Made by a program: the position numbers and the translations under genes | DNA from: an uncultured Clostridium sp. | GTDB taxonomy: Bacteria > Bacillota > Clostridia > Oscillospirales > CAG-272 | Direction of reading: 5' to 3' | NCBI GenBank assembly: GCA_964427175.1 | Contig: CAYRTP010000001.1 | Location: 7,836-71,835 of the forward strand | DNA: 64,000 bases | In this document: in pieces, positions 1 to 8,382 of the stretch | How the letters are laid out: every line of letters starts with the position of its first letter | How positions within the stretch are numbered: the first letter of the stretch is position 1 | Notes under the pieces: generated by a model | What the model was told of the DNA's origin: nothing | The model's input: the letters and a program-made list of their open reading frames with translations, nothing else | Database searches by the model: none

Positions 1-32
1 TATTCTGTGAATACCAAGCCGACGGGTTGGAT

Positions 33-947
33 TCATTGGCTCAGAATTGCGGACTTTCTCATCAAAAGATCATCGGTCTCGATAGCCGCCTCCAGGGCAT
101 CCATACCCAAGCGGTCGATGCAAGCACCCAAACGCTCCTTGGCGTAGCCGTTTTCCTTGTACCACAGCATGACCTTCTCGATCACGGCGGGCACCTCCTC
201 CACGGCGTAGACCGAGCGGAGCAGGGTACCGATGCGCTGGGTCTTGCCCCAGGTACCGCCCACGTAGATACGGCAGACCGATTCCGCCGTTTTGGGGACC
301 GCCCCGAAGGGGCACTTGCCCACGCAGACACCGCAGTGGGTGCACTTGGCGGGGTCAATGACCGCCTTGCCGTCCACCATGGATACCGCCTTGGAAGGGC
401 ACCCCTCGGCCACCAGGCACTTCTTGCACCCACGGCAGAGCTTAGAATCAAAGGAGAAGGCCAGACAGCCCTCGACACCCACGTCGTTGAGGCTGGGCTT
501 CATACAGCTGTTGGGGCAACCGCCCACGCCGATCTTGAACTTGTGGGGGAGCTTGACATCCCGCATCCCCACGTAGAAACGGTCGTAAATGACCTTGGCC
601 AGAGCCCGCGTGTCGATGTTGCCATAGACGCAGGTGGTGCCCTTGCAGGCGGTCACGGGGCGCACCTTGGCACCCGTTCCGCCGAATTTCAGCCCCCGCT
701 CGGCCATAAAGGCCTCGGCCGCGGGGATCTGCTCAAAGGGAATGCCCACGATTTCGGCGGTCAGACGGGCGGTGAAGATCACCTCTCCGTTTCCGAAACG
801 CTCGGCGCAATCCGCCAGGGCGCGAAGCTCGTGGGGGGTAAACTGACCCGCCACCGTGACGAGACGGCCCGAGAAGCACTCGGTCCCGCGGTTCTGCAGG
901 AAGCCCCTGCCCTTAACGCTCATGATCTGTTCCTTCGTGATACTCAT
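33..947 (-). CDS. Nitrite/sulfite-reductase-family Fe-S protein with ferredoxin-type clusters (AsrC-like)
   Basis: 304-aa ORF. Cys motifs CKGTTCVYG, GGCPNSC, CRGCKKC..CP and CTHCGVCVGKCP are typical of a NIR_SIR domain plus 2x[4Fe-4S] domains. Confidence 0.65.
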   Translation of the reverse strand: MSITKEQIMSVKGRGFLQNRGTECFSGRLVTVAGQFTPHELRALADCAERFGNGEVIFTARLTAEIVGIPFEQIPAAEAFMAERGLKFGGTGAKVRPVTACKGTTCVYGNIDTRALAKVIYDRFYVGMRDVKLPHKFKIGVGGCPNSCMKPSLNDVGVEGCLAFSFDSKLCRGCKKCLVAEGCPSKAVSMVDGKAVIDPAKCTHCGVCVGKCPFGAVPKTAESVCRIYVGGTWGKTQRIGTLLRSVYAVEEVPAVIEKVMLWYKENGYAKERLGACIDRLGMDALEAAIETDDLLMRKSAILSQ

Positions 948-962
948 AGTTGTCCATCCTTT

Positions 963-1754
963 TCAAATTGTAATGGCCTGTCCGCAGGACAGGTAGTGGA
1001 GTCGATCCATGCGGGTCCGCATGAAGCCGTACTGTTCGATACCCGTGCAATGACAGGTATAAAAGACGGTTTGGTGTGCCTGTAATTGCCGTGCCACCCG
1101 ACCCAGGCGTTCGTCGAGGGCCATTTTGGAGACGTGGAAGCCTCCCACCAGTACGTCGGGGGAGAACCATTCCGCAATGTCCACGATGCCCTTGTGAGAG
1201 CATCCGCTGATGAGGATGCGGCGGCTGTTCCCCTGCTCGTCCGTCTCGCGGACCAGGAGATACTGCTCGTGGCGGAAATCATCGGGGATACGGCTATCCC
1301 CCACCTGCTCGGTCAGCCCGAAATGTCCCAGGCTGTTGGGGCGATCCAGGCCGTTGCAGGTCATGAGGACCAGCCCCTCCGACAGCTCCGTGCGGTCCTC
1401 GGTAAAGCGAAGGCGGGGATGATCGCGGAGGGCGGGATCCAACCCAATGTAAGCCCCCTTGGCGTTGAAGCGGGGAAGGAAGCTGTCCCGATGCAGGTAA
1501 ACGGGAGCGCGGCGGTTGACCTCCAAAAAGGTCCGGAGCCCTCCGCCGTGATCGTAGTGACCGTGGGAGAGAATCGCCAGATCCACCTGAGACAGATCCA
1601 CGCCCAAGGCCTCGGCGTTCCCGGAAAAGAGGTCTGTCTGCCCCATATCAAAGAGGATCCTATGAGCTCCCGTCTCGATGTAGAGGGACAGGCCGTGCTC
1701 GGTCCCGATCCCGTCGCGGTGGGTGGTATTTTCCAAAAGCGAGATGATCTTCAC
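963..1754 (-). CDS. MBL-fold metallo-hydrolase
   Basis: 263-aa ORF with the HGHYDHGGG metal-binding motif and a later CSHKG/His-rich segment. Confidence 0.8.
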   Translation of the reverse strand: MKIISLLENTTHRDGIGTEHGLSLYIETGAHRILFDMGQTDLFSGNAEALGVDLSQVDLAILSHGHYDHGGGLRTFLEVNRRAPVYLHRDSFLPRFNAKGAYIGLDPALRDHPRLRFTEDRTELSEGLVLMTCNGLDRPNSLGHFGLTEQVGDSRIPDDFRHEQYLLVRETDEQGNSRRILISGCSHKGIVDIAEWFSPDVLVGGFHVSKMALDERLGRVARQLQAHQTVFYTCHCTGIEQYGFMRTRMDRLHYLSCGQAITI

Positions 1755-1800
1755 GGCGGAAAGGCCTCCTTGGGTTGCGTCTTTTTTTGGTCGAATGTGA

Positions 1801-1829
1801 TTGACACGGGCGGATTCCTGTGGTATAAT
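1801..1829 (+). promoter_or_regulatory. Sigma-A type promoter of the ABC importer operon
   Basis: TTGACA (1801-1806), 17-nt spacer, TATAAT (1824-1829). GGATTCCTG occurs in the spacer and again at 1846-1854. Confidence 0.6.
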
Positions 1830-1895
1830 ACCCTATTATATCATGGATTCCTGCGTCTGTCAAGGAGCCAAAATCAATTTAAAGGACAAAGCCTC

Positions 1896-2858
1896 ATGAA
1901 ACGATACGTCATCACCCTGGCGGCGGCCCTGTTGCTCTGCGTCACAGCAGGGACTCTGCTCGCCTCCTGCGGGACTGCTCCCGCCCCGTCGGAGCGGGAG
2001 GACACCGTTCTGACCATCACCGATGCCCTGGACCGTGAGGTCCGCGTGAACCCCAAGCCCACCCGTGTAGCCGCCCTTCTGGGGAGCTTTGCCGACGTAT
2101 GGGTGCTGGCGGGCGGTGAGCTCTGCGCCGCCGCCGAGGACGCTTGGGAGGACTTCGGCCTGGAGCTGACGAATGCGGTCAATATCGGCGGAGCCCACTC
2201 CCCCAACCTGGAAATGCTCCTGTCGGCTGACCCCGACCTGGTGCTGGCCAGTGCCTCCACCGCCTCTCACGTGGAGATGCTGGCTCCCCTGGAGGCCGTG
2301 GGGATCACGGTGATCTACTTCAACGTGGATAATTTCGATGACTACCTCTCCATGCTGGACACCTGTACCGATCTGACGGGCCGTAAGGACCTCTACGAGC
2401 AAAACGGCCTCAAGGTCGGGGAGCAGATCCAGGCCATCAAAGACACCTACGCCGCCTCCGATCCCACCGAGGGAGAGCGGACCATCCTGCTCCTCCGCGC
2501 TTCCTCGGGGTCGGTCAAGGCCAAGGGGAGCGAGGGAACCATCCTGGGGGAGATGCTGGCCGATATGGGTTGCGTCAATATCGCGGACAGCGACAACAGC
2601 CTGTTGGAGCATCTCAGCGTGGAGGCGGTCATCCGCGAGGAGCCCCACCGCATCTTCGTGGTGACCATGGGGAGCAATACCCAAGCCGCCATGGCTTCCC
2701 TGGAAACGCTCATGGCAGAAAATCCCGCTTGGGGGACCCTGGAGGCTGTGCGGGAGGGACGGCTCCACGTCATGGAAAAATCCCTGTTCAATCTGAAGCC
2801 CAATGATCGCTGGGGGGAGGCGTACCAAAAGCTCTATGAAACACTCATCCAAGACTGA
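1896..2858 (+). CDS. ABC transporter substrate-binding lipoprotein (iron-siderophore/cobalamin type)
   Basis: In-frame ATG at 1896 within the long ORF 1086-2858. Lipoprotein signal MKRYVITLAAALLLCVTAGTLLASCG. Followed by a FecCD permease and an ATPase. Confidence 0.8.
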   Translation: MKRYVITLAAALLLCVTAGTLLASCGTAPAPSEREDTVLTITDALDREVRVNPKPTRVAALLGSFADVWVLAGGELCAAAEDAWEDFGLELTNAVNIGGAHSPNLEMLLSADPDLVLASASTASHVEMLAPLEAVGITVIYFNVDNFDDYLSMLDTCTDLTGRKDLYEQNGLKVGEQIQAIKDTYAASDPTEGERTILLLRASSGSVKAKGSEGTILGEMLADMGCVNIADSDNSLLEHLSVEAVIREEPHRIFVVTMGSNTQAAMASLETLMAENPAWGTLEAVREGRLHVMEKSLFNLKPNDRWGEAYQKLYETLIQD

Positions 2859-3858
2859 ATATCCCATCCTGCGGGCCTATACGGCGGGCGGGTGCCTGCT
2901 GATTCTGGCGGCGGTGACTGGCCTCCTGTTGGGAGCCACCAGACTGGACGCGGGGGATCTGCTGACCGCCCTGTCCCAAGGTGATTGGAACCATCCCACG
3001 GTCCGCATCCTGCTCTACGTCCGCCTGCCTCGGGTGTGGGGAGCCTTGATCTGCGGAAGTGCCCTGGCCATGTCGGGGTGCGTGATTCAGAACGTCCTCC
3101 ACAACCGCCTGGCATCCCCCAGCATCGTGGGTGTCAACGCAGGCGCGGGGCTGGCGGTGACGGTCTGCTCCGCCCTGGGGATTTTAGGGGGCTGGCGGCT
3201 GTCCCTGTTCGCCTTTTTGGGGGGATTCTGCGCCGTCATGCTGGTCAGCCTGGGAGCCCAACGCTGGCGCGCCTCCAAGGGTACCGTGATCCTCATGGGC
3301 GTAGCCCTGAACAGCCTGCTTGGGGCGGTCTCGGATACCGTCAGGACCCTGTCCCCTGACGTGAGTATTCTGACAAATGATTTCAAGGTGGGCGACTTCT
3401 CGTCGGTCACCTACGGGAGCTTGATCCCCGCTACGATGGTGATCCTGGCGGCCCTGGCGGTCCTGCTGACCCTGTCCACCACCCTGGACGTGCTGTCCCT
3501 GGGGGAGGAGACCGCCCGCGGGCTCGGTCTGCGGACGGGGCTTGCGCGGACAGGCCTGCTCCTGCTGGCGGCCCTCCTGGCGGGGGCTGCGGTGAGCGTC
3601 TGCGGTCTGCTCTCCTTCGTGGGCCTTCTGGTGCCTCACGCCGTCCGACGGGGAACCGCAGGAGCGGCGGGGCAGAGCCGCCACCTCATCCCCCTGTGCG
3701 CCCTGTTCGGAGGGGGCTTCGTCACCCTGTGCGATACCCTGGCGCGGGTACTGTTCTCCCCCTACGAGATCCCCGTGGGCATCATCATGGCTTTTTTGGG
3801 CGCGCCCTTTTTCCTGTTCATCCTCATCAAAGGGAAGGGAGGGGAGCATCATGCTTGA
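2803..3858 (+). CDS. Iron-chelate ABC transporter permease (FecCD/BtuC family)
   Basis: 351-aa polytopic membrane ORF with the typical FecCD C-terminus (PVGIIMAFLGAPFFLFIL). Alternative start at 2836. Confidence 0.85.
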   Translation: MIAGGRRTKSSMKHSSKTEYPILRAYTAGGCLLILAAVTGLLLGATRLDAGDLLTALSQGDWNHPTVRILLYVRLPRVWGALICGSALAMSGCVIQNVLHNRLASPSIVGVNAGAGLAVTVCSALGILGGWRLSLFAFLGGFCAVMLVSLGAQRWRASKGTVILMGVALNSLLGAVSDTVRTLSPDVSILTNDFKVGDFSSVTYGSLIPATMVILAALAVLLTLSTTLDVLSLGEETARGLGLRTGLARTGLLLLAALLAGAAVSVCGLLSFVGLLVPHAVRRGTAGAAGQSRHLIPLCALFGGGFVTLCDTLARVLFSPYEIPVGIIMAFLGAPFFLFILIKGKGGEHHA

Positions 3859-4618
3859 GATCCGAAATCTGACCGCTGGATACCGCGGTAAAGCGGTCCT
3901 GCAGGACCTGTCCCTGACCCTGCCGCGAAACTGCCTGACGGGGATCATCGGCCCCAACGGGCGCGGTAAAAGCACCCTCCTCAAGGCCGCCCTGGGCCTC
4001 ATTTCCCCCATGGGCGGGGAGGTGCTGGCAGATGGTCGGTCCTTGCAGGACCTCAAACGCCGCGAAATCGCCCGTCATGTGGCCTACCTGGCCCAAGGGC
4101 AGAGTATCCCCGACATGACGGTGGAGCAATTGGTGCTCCAGGGCCGTTTCCCTCATTTGAACTACCCGAACGGCTACAGCCGTCGGGACCGCGAGATGGC
4201 CCGCGCCGCCATGGAGCGGGTGGGGATCACCCACCTGGCGGGAGTGCCTTTGGCCGCCCTGTCGGGTGGTATGCGGCAGACCGTCTACATCGCCATGGCC
4301 TTGACCCAGGATACACCGTATATCCTGCTGGACGAGCCTACTACCTACCTGGATCCTGCCCATCAGCTGTCTCTCATGGGGCTGTTGCGGGAGATCGCCC
4401 GAGAGGGCCGAGGCGTGGCGGCGGTGATGCACGATCTGCCCCTGGCCCTGTCCTACTCGGACCGCATCGCCGTCATGGCGGAGGGACGGATGATCCTGAC
4501 CGCCTCCCCACGGGAGGTAGTCAACTCGGGGGTCATCGAGGAAGTGTTCGGAGTCCGCGTCCGAGAGGACGGCGAGGGCTTCCGACTGTGTTACGGTCCC
4601 CATACGACAAATCATTAG
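3851..4618 (+). CDS. ABC transporter ATP-binding protein
   Basis: Walker A GPNGRGKST, signature LSGGMRQ, Walker B ILLDEPT. The start overlaps the permease stop. Confidence 0.9.
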   Translation: MLEIRNLTAGYRGKAVLQDLSLTLPRNCLTGIIGPNGRGKSTLLKAALGLISPMGGEVLADGRSLQDLKRREIARHVAYLAQGQSIPDMTVEQLVLQGRFPHLNYPNGYSRRDREMARAAMERVGITHLAGVPLAALSGGMRQTVYIAMALTQDTPYILLDEPTTYLDPAHQLSLMGLLREIAREGRGVAAVMHDLPLALSYSDRIAVMAEGRMILTASPREVVNSGVIEEVFGVRVREDGEGFRLCYGPHTTNH

Positions 4619-4634
4619 GAGGTAATCATTCATT

Positions 4635-5567
4635 ATGCGGAAAATATGTCAACGTGTATTGGCGGCAGGGCTGTTGGTCAGCTCCTGCCTGGCCTTTGGA
4701 GGATGCCGAGGAGAGCCCGAAACAACGGCTCCCGTCGGCTGTACCGCCGATCTGATCGTGAACGGCAACCCCGTCCTTTTCGTGGAGGAATCTCAAAAGC
4801 AGACCTGGGAGGAGCCCCTTGCCAAGCTCCTAGCCAACGTGGAGGTCCCCTACGGCGAAAAGGGAGAGATCCTGGGTGAGGAACCCATCGACCCCGATTC
4901 CCCCTCGGTTCCCATGAATTACTGCTGTGGTCTGCTGGATGTTAATCTGGACGGTGTCCCCGAGCTGTTGGTCCATCCCTTCGGTTACTTCGGCTCCTCG
5001 GGCTGTGCTACCTACTATGCCTACGATATCCACACGGGTCAGAAAATCGGAGAGATCGATGACGGCTGTGGAGAGGACACCTGGTGCGTGTACTACGATA
5101 TCCAAGAGGAACGCTTTCGGTTGGTGGGTCAATACTGGCTGCGGGGCGGCTGGTCCGCGCGGGATCGATACCTGTCTTTCCTCACGTATTATGCGGAGTT
5201 GGGTGAATACGGGAACGATATCTACCTCCACACCTTTCACCACATAGATGCGAACCAGGAGATCCTGGAGGATCCAGATCCTACCGACAGCTACTACGTG
5301 GCCACCTGGGAGGAGATCTATTCCAATACCTCCTATTTCGTAGACGGAGAGATGGTCTACCTGGACGATTACTACGATGCCTACGACCGCTTTGTGGCGG
5401 ATCATATCCGCATTCCCGAGACCACCCTGCAGCTGATCCGGTGGGACGATGTCAGCGAGGATGAGGACAGCTACGAGGAAAAGGCGAAAAAGATGGCGAA
5501 GGCACTGATCAGTACGGATCAGAAGTTCTTGGTCTACCCCAAGATCAGCAAGGGAGGCGGGGTATGA
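4635..5567 (+). CDS. Hypothetical lipoprotein
   Basis: 310-aa ORF with signal peptide and lipobox (LAFGGC). No recognised domain. Confidence 0.6.
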   Translation: MRKICQRVLAAGLLVSSCLAFGGCRGEPETTAPVGCTADLIVNGNPVLFVEESQKQTWEEPLAKLLANVEVPYGEKGEILGEEPIDPDSPSVPMNYCCGLLDVNLDGVPELLVHPFGYFGSSGCATYYAYDIHTGQKIGEIDDGCGEDTWCVYYDIQEERFRLVGQYWLRGGWSARDRYLSFLTYYAELGEYGNDIYLHTFHHIDANQEILEDPDPTDSYYVATWEEIYSNTSYFVDGEMVYLDDYYDAYDRFVADHIRIPETTLQLIRWDDVSEDEDSYEEKAKKMAKALISTDQKFLVYPKISKGGGV

Positions 5568-6175
5568 TCTACTATACTTCGGACCTGCATCTGGGTCATC
5601 AGAACATCATCCGCCTGTGCAACCGTCCTTTTGCCGACGTGGAGGAGATGGATGAGGCCCTGATCGAGAACTGGAACCGTCGGGTAGGGAAGGACGACCT
5701 GGTGTACCTCCTGGGGGACATCGTATGGCAGCGAAAAAAGGTCCCCTACTACATGGAACGCCTGCAGGGCCGTAAGATCCTCATCAGTACAGGGAATCAC
5801 GATGCCCCTTGGGTGAATCGGGAGGAGTATCGGGGGTATTTCGAGCTGGTGGTGCCCTATCTGGAGACCAAGCTCCACGGCCACCCCGTTACCCTGTGCC
5901 ACTACCCCATGCTGGAGTGGAGGGACAGCCGCGAGGAGAGTGAGGCCAAGCTGGGGTATCTCATCCACGGCCACATCCACAACCGCGTTTCGGAGGAGTA
6001 CCGTATGCTGTATATCCAGCACAACGCCCTCAACGCGGGGGTGGACATCAACAACTTTGCCCCCGCCACCTTTGAGGAGCTGTTGGAGAATAATCGGATA
6101 TTCAAGCTAAGTGCGCTTCAATCCGAGGAAGATCGGGACCGCCTGTTGGCGGGGTATGCACAAATACAATTGTAA
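5564..6175 (+). CDS. Metallophosphoesterase family protein
   Basis: Motifs SDLHLGH, LLGD, GNHD and GHIH in the canonical order. Confidence 0.75.
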   Translation: MIYYTSDLHLGHQNIIRLCNRPFADVEEMDEALIENWNRRVGKDDLVYLLGDIVWQRKKVPYYMERLQGRKILISTGNHDAPWVNREEYRGYFELVVPYLETKLHGHPVTLCHYPMLEWRDSREESEAKLGYLIHGHIHNRVSEEYRMLYIQHNALNAGVDINNFAPATFEELLENNRIFKLSALQSEEDRDRLLAGYAQIQL

Positions 6176-6194
6176 AATAAGAAGGAGATTGACT

Positions 6195-6629
6195 ATGTTT
6201 TTCAATGATTTGAAGCTCGGCATGACGGTGGAGATTTCTCCCGCCGTGATCGAGACCGAGAAGATGCTGGATTTCGCCCGCCTGTATGACAATATCCCCC
6301 TGCACACCGACGAGGAGTACGCCAAAAAGACCCCCTTCGGCAAGCTGATCGCCCCGGGGGTCATGTCCTTTATGTCGGTGTGGGCCAAGTATCTGGAGGT
6401 GGATTTCTTCGGTGAGGAGCTGCTGGCGGGCAAGTCCACCAAGATCGAATGGCTGAAGCCCGTGTTCGCGGAGGATATCCTGACGGGACGGGCCACGGTG
6501 ACCCGCCTGGTGCCCCGCAACCCACGGAACGGCTTGGTGGAGATCTCCATTGAGGCCCGCAATCAGCATGGGGAGTTGGTGCTGACCAATATTACCGAGG
6601 CGGTGGTGAAGTGTCGGGCGGAGGTTTGA
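6195..6629 (+). CDS. MaoC-like (hotdog-fold) dehydratase domain protein
   Basis: ATG at 6195 preceded by GAAGGAG (6181-6187). Motif IPLHTDEEYAKKTPFGKLIAPG. Confidence 0.7.
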   Translation: MFFNDLKLGMTVEISPAVIETEKMLDFARLYDNIPLHTDEEYAKKTPFGKLIAPGVMSFMSVWAKYLEVDFFGEELLAGKSTKIEWLKPVFAEDILTGRATVTRLVPRNPRNGLVEISIEARNQHGELVLTNITEAVVKCRAEV

Positions 6630-6689
6630 GAGGAAACTTTCTTCTATATGTGGCAACTTGAAGCGGATTCTCGCAACTGTTACTCGCCC

Positions 6690-6728
6690 AAAAAGACAGA
6701 GGGTGCCAATCGGCACCCTCTGCTTTTT
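6690..6728. terminator. Bidirectional rho-independent terminator (MaoC gene / original tRNA trailer)
   Basis: Stem CAGAGGGTGCC (6697-6707) / GGCACCCTCTG (6712-6722) flanked by an A-run and a T-run. Confidence 0.7.
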
Positions 6729-6753
6729 GGAGCGAGTAACGGGAATCGAACCC
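6725..6753. repeat. attL core (orphan copy of the tRNA-Gly 3' end)
   Basis: TTTTGGAGCGAGTAACGGGAATCGAACCC is identical to 50706-50734. Confidence 0.85.
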
Positions 6754-6820
6754 TATCCAACTCACAAAAAGCCATTGATATATAAAGACAATTAAAAACC
6801 GTCCTGCATTCCATATTGCA

Positions 6821-7897
6821 TCAATCGAGAACCCGCCGAAAATACTCCTCCAGCTGGTCCTCCACGGAGGTCCTCTTGCTGGCCATGATATGGCCGTAAA
6901 CCTGGTCGATCATAGCCTCCGTCTCGTGACCGACGTAATCCGCGATATACTTTTTAGGCACGTTCAGTGCCAACATAACCGACACCGTGTAGTGTCTCAA
7001 ATCATGAAACCGATACTCCGGAAACTTGTGCTTCCGAATCAAATTATAAAACCGATTGCTGATCAGATCGGGTCGGATCGTAATATACCCACCCAGATCT
7101 GCGCACGCTTCTTTTTTCTTCGCCAGCGCGGCAGCGACGTAGGGAATCATGCGGATCACGCGGGTACCGGCGACCGTCTTGGTGGTCTTCTGCACGAACT
7201 CGCGCTCGTCATCCAGGACGAGTGCCTGGTCGATGGTGATGGTCCCCGCCTTGAAATCCACCCGCTCCCAGGTCAGAGCGGCGATCTCGGAGCGGCGCAT
7301 CCCGCAGCAGGCGGCCAGGATCACGGGAACCTCCAGCTCAGTGTCGCGTGTCAACTCAAATAGACGCTTGATGTCCTCCTCGGTCGGGATCACGATGGAG
7401 GGCTTTTGCTTTTGGGGGAGCGTGGTGTGCAACACAAAGTCAGGCCGATGCACCTGCATGACGGCCACCAGAAACCCGTGAATATTCCGCACCGTCTTGG
7501 GAGACAGACTCAAAGCCTCCTGATTGATGGCCACCTGCACCTGCTCGCGAGTGATGTCCTTGACCAGCATGGGACGGAGCTCACGCAGATAGTTGCGAAC
7601 GATCGAGCGATAAGAACGCACCGTAGAAGGCGATAGAATGGCACTCTTTGACTCGATGTATGTCTCCATTGCCACCTGGAGGGTCAAACGGTCCGCGGGC
7701 CGTACAGCGCGTTCTTGACGCTTCTCGGCCTTGAACTGCGCGGCGCGGAGGAGAACTTGGTTGTAGTCATAGTCGGTGATAGACTCATAGTGCCGTTTGC
7801 CATCCGCGTCGGTGTGCGAGTAGACCTGGGTGTTCCATGCCCCGCTTGGGAGCTGCTTGATCGCCGGAAGCCCGGCGGCCTTTTTCTTTTTAGCCAT
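6821..7897 (-). CDS. int: Tyrosine-type site-specific integrase
   Basis: 358 aa. The C-terminal catalytic region carries R...HDLRH...GH..Y (CGMRRSE, HDLRHYTVS, VGHETEAMIDQVYGH). It lies 68 nt inside attL. Confidence 0.9.
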   Translation of the reverse strand: MAKKKKAAGLPAIKQLPSGAWNTQVYSHTDADGKRHYESITDYDYNQVLLRAAQFKAEKRQERAVRPADRLTLQVAMETYIESKSAILSPSTVRSYRSIVRNYLRELRPMLVKDITREQVQVAINQEALSLSPKTVRNIHGFLVAVMQVHRPDFVLHTTLPQKQKPSIVIPTEEDIKRLFELTRDTELEVPVILAACCGMRRSEIAALTWERVDFKAGTITIDQALVLDDEREFVQKTTKTVAGTRVIRMIPYVAAALAKKKEACADLGGYITIRPDLISNRFYNLIRKHKFPEYRFHDLRHYTVSVMLALNVPKKYIADYVGHETEAMIDQVYGHIMASKRTSVEDQLEEYFRRVLD

Positions 7898-7902
7898 AAT
7901 TC

Positions 7903-7975
7903 AAATCCTTTCATTATAGCACAAGGTTATTCGGAAATCCTTTCGTTTTTCTTCGCAAAGCGGGAAAATCCTTTC
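7903..7975. repeat. Three phased direct repeats AAATCCTTTC upstream of int
   Basis: Copies at 7903-7912, 7935-7944 and 7966-7975 (spacing 32 and 31 bp). On the minus strand they read GAAAGGATTT. The int-proximal copy doubles as the int RBS. Confidence 0.6.
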
Positions 7976-7985
7976 GATTTCCTTT

Positions 7986-8264
7986 TCATTTCCGCTTGCG
8001 CTCGCGCTCCTCGGCCCGGTCGATGAGCTGACGGACGTACTCGGGGGTGTAGTCCTCGGGCTTGATGCCGAGGAGGCGGGCAAAGCGGCGTTTGTCCACG
8101 ATGCGGAGAGCCAGACGGAGGATCGCGTCCTCGTCGGCCTTGGATAGCTTGCCGTCGCGCTCCAGCTCGGCCAGGGGCATGACCAGCTCGCTGCGGGCCT
8201 CGGCCACGCTCTCGTCGAGGGAGAGGGCCAGGTCGTCGATGGTCTTGGGGTTGTACTTGCTCAT
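7986..8264 (-). CDS. Hypothetical 92-aa protein upstream of int (possible recombination directionality or regulatory factor)
   Basis: Native-GC ORF with RBS AAGGAGG. No motif recognised. The function is a guess from position only. Confidence 0.5.
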   Translation of the reverse strand: MSKYNPKTIDDLALSLDESVAEARSELVMPLAELERDGKLSKADEDAILRLALRIVDKRRFARLLGIKPEDYTPEYVRQLIDRAEERERKRK

Positions 8265-8382
8265 GATGTGTACCTCCTTAAGGTGATTTTATTTACGACC
8301 ATTTTGTTGACGCCGACAAAATGGTGCGTGGCATAAATTATAGCATGGGAATCAAAAAACTTCTAAAAAGTGAAAATACAAA

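Noticed and set aside
1086-1895. N-terminal 270-aa extension of the substrate-binding protein ORF (start at 1086)
   Set aside because: It runs antisense through the MBL hydrolase gene and across a consensus promoter. A lipoprotein signal peptide begins at the internal ATG at 1896.
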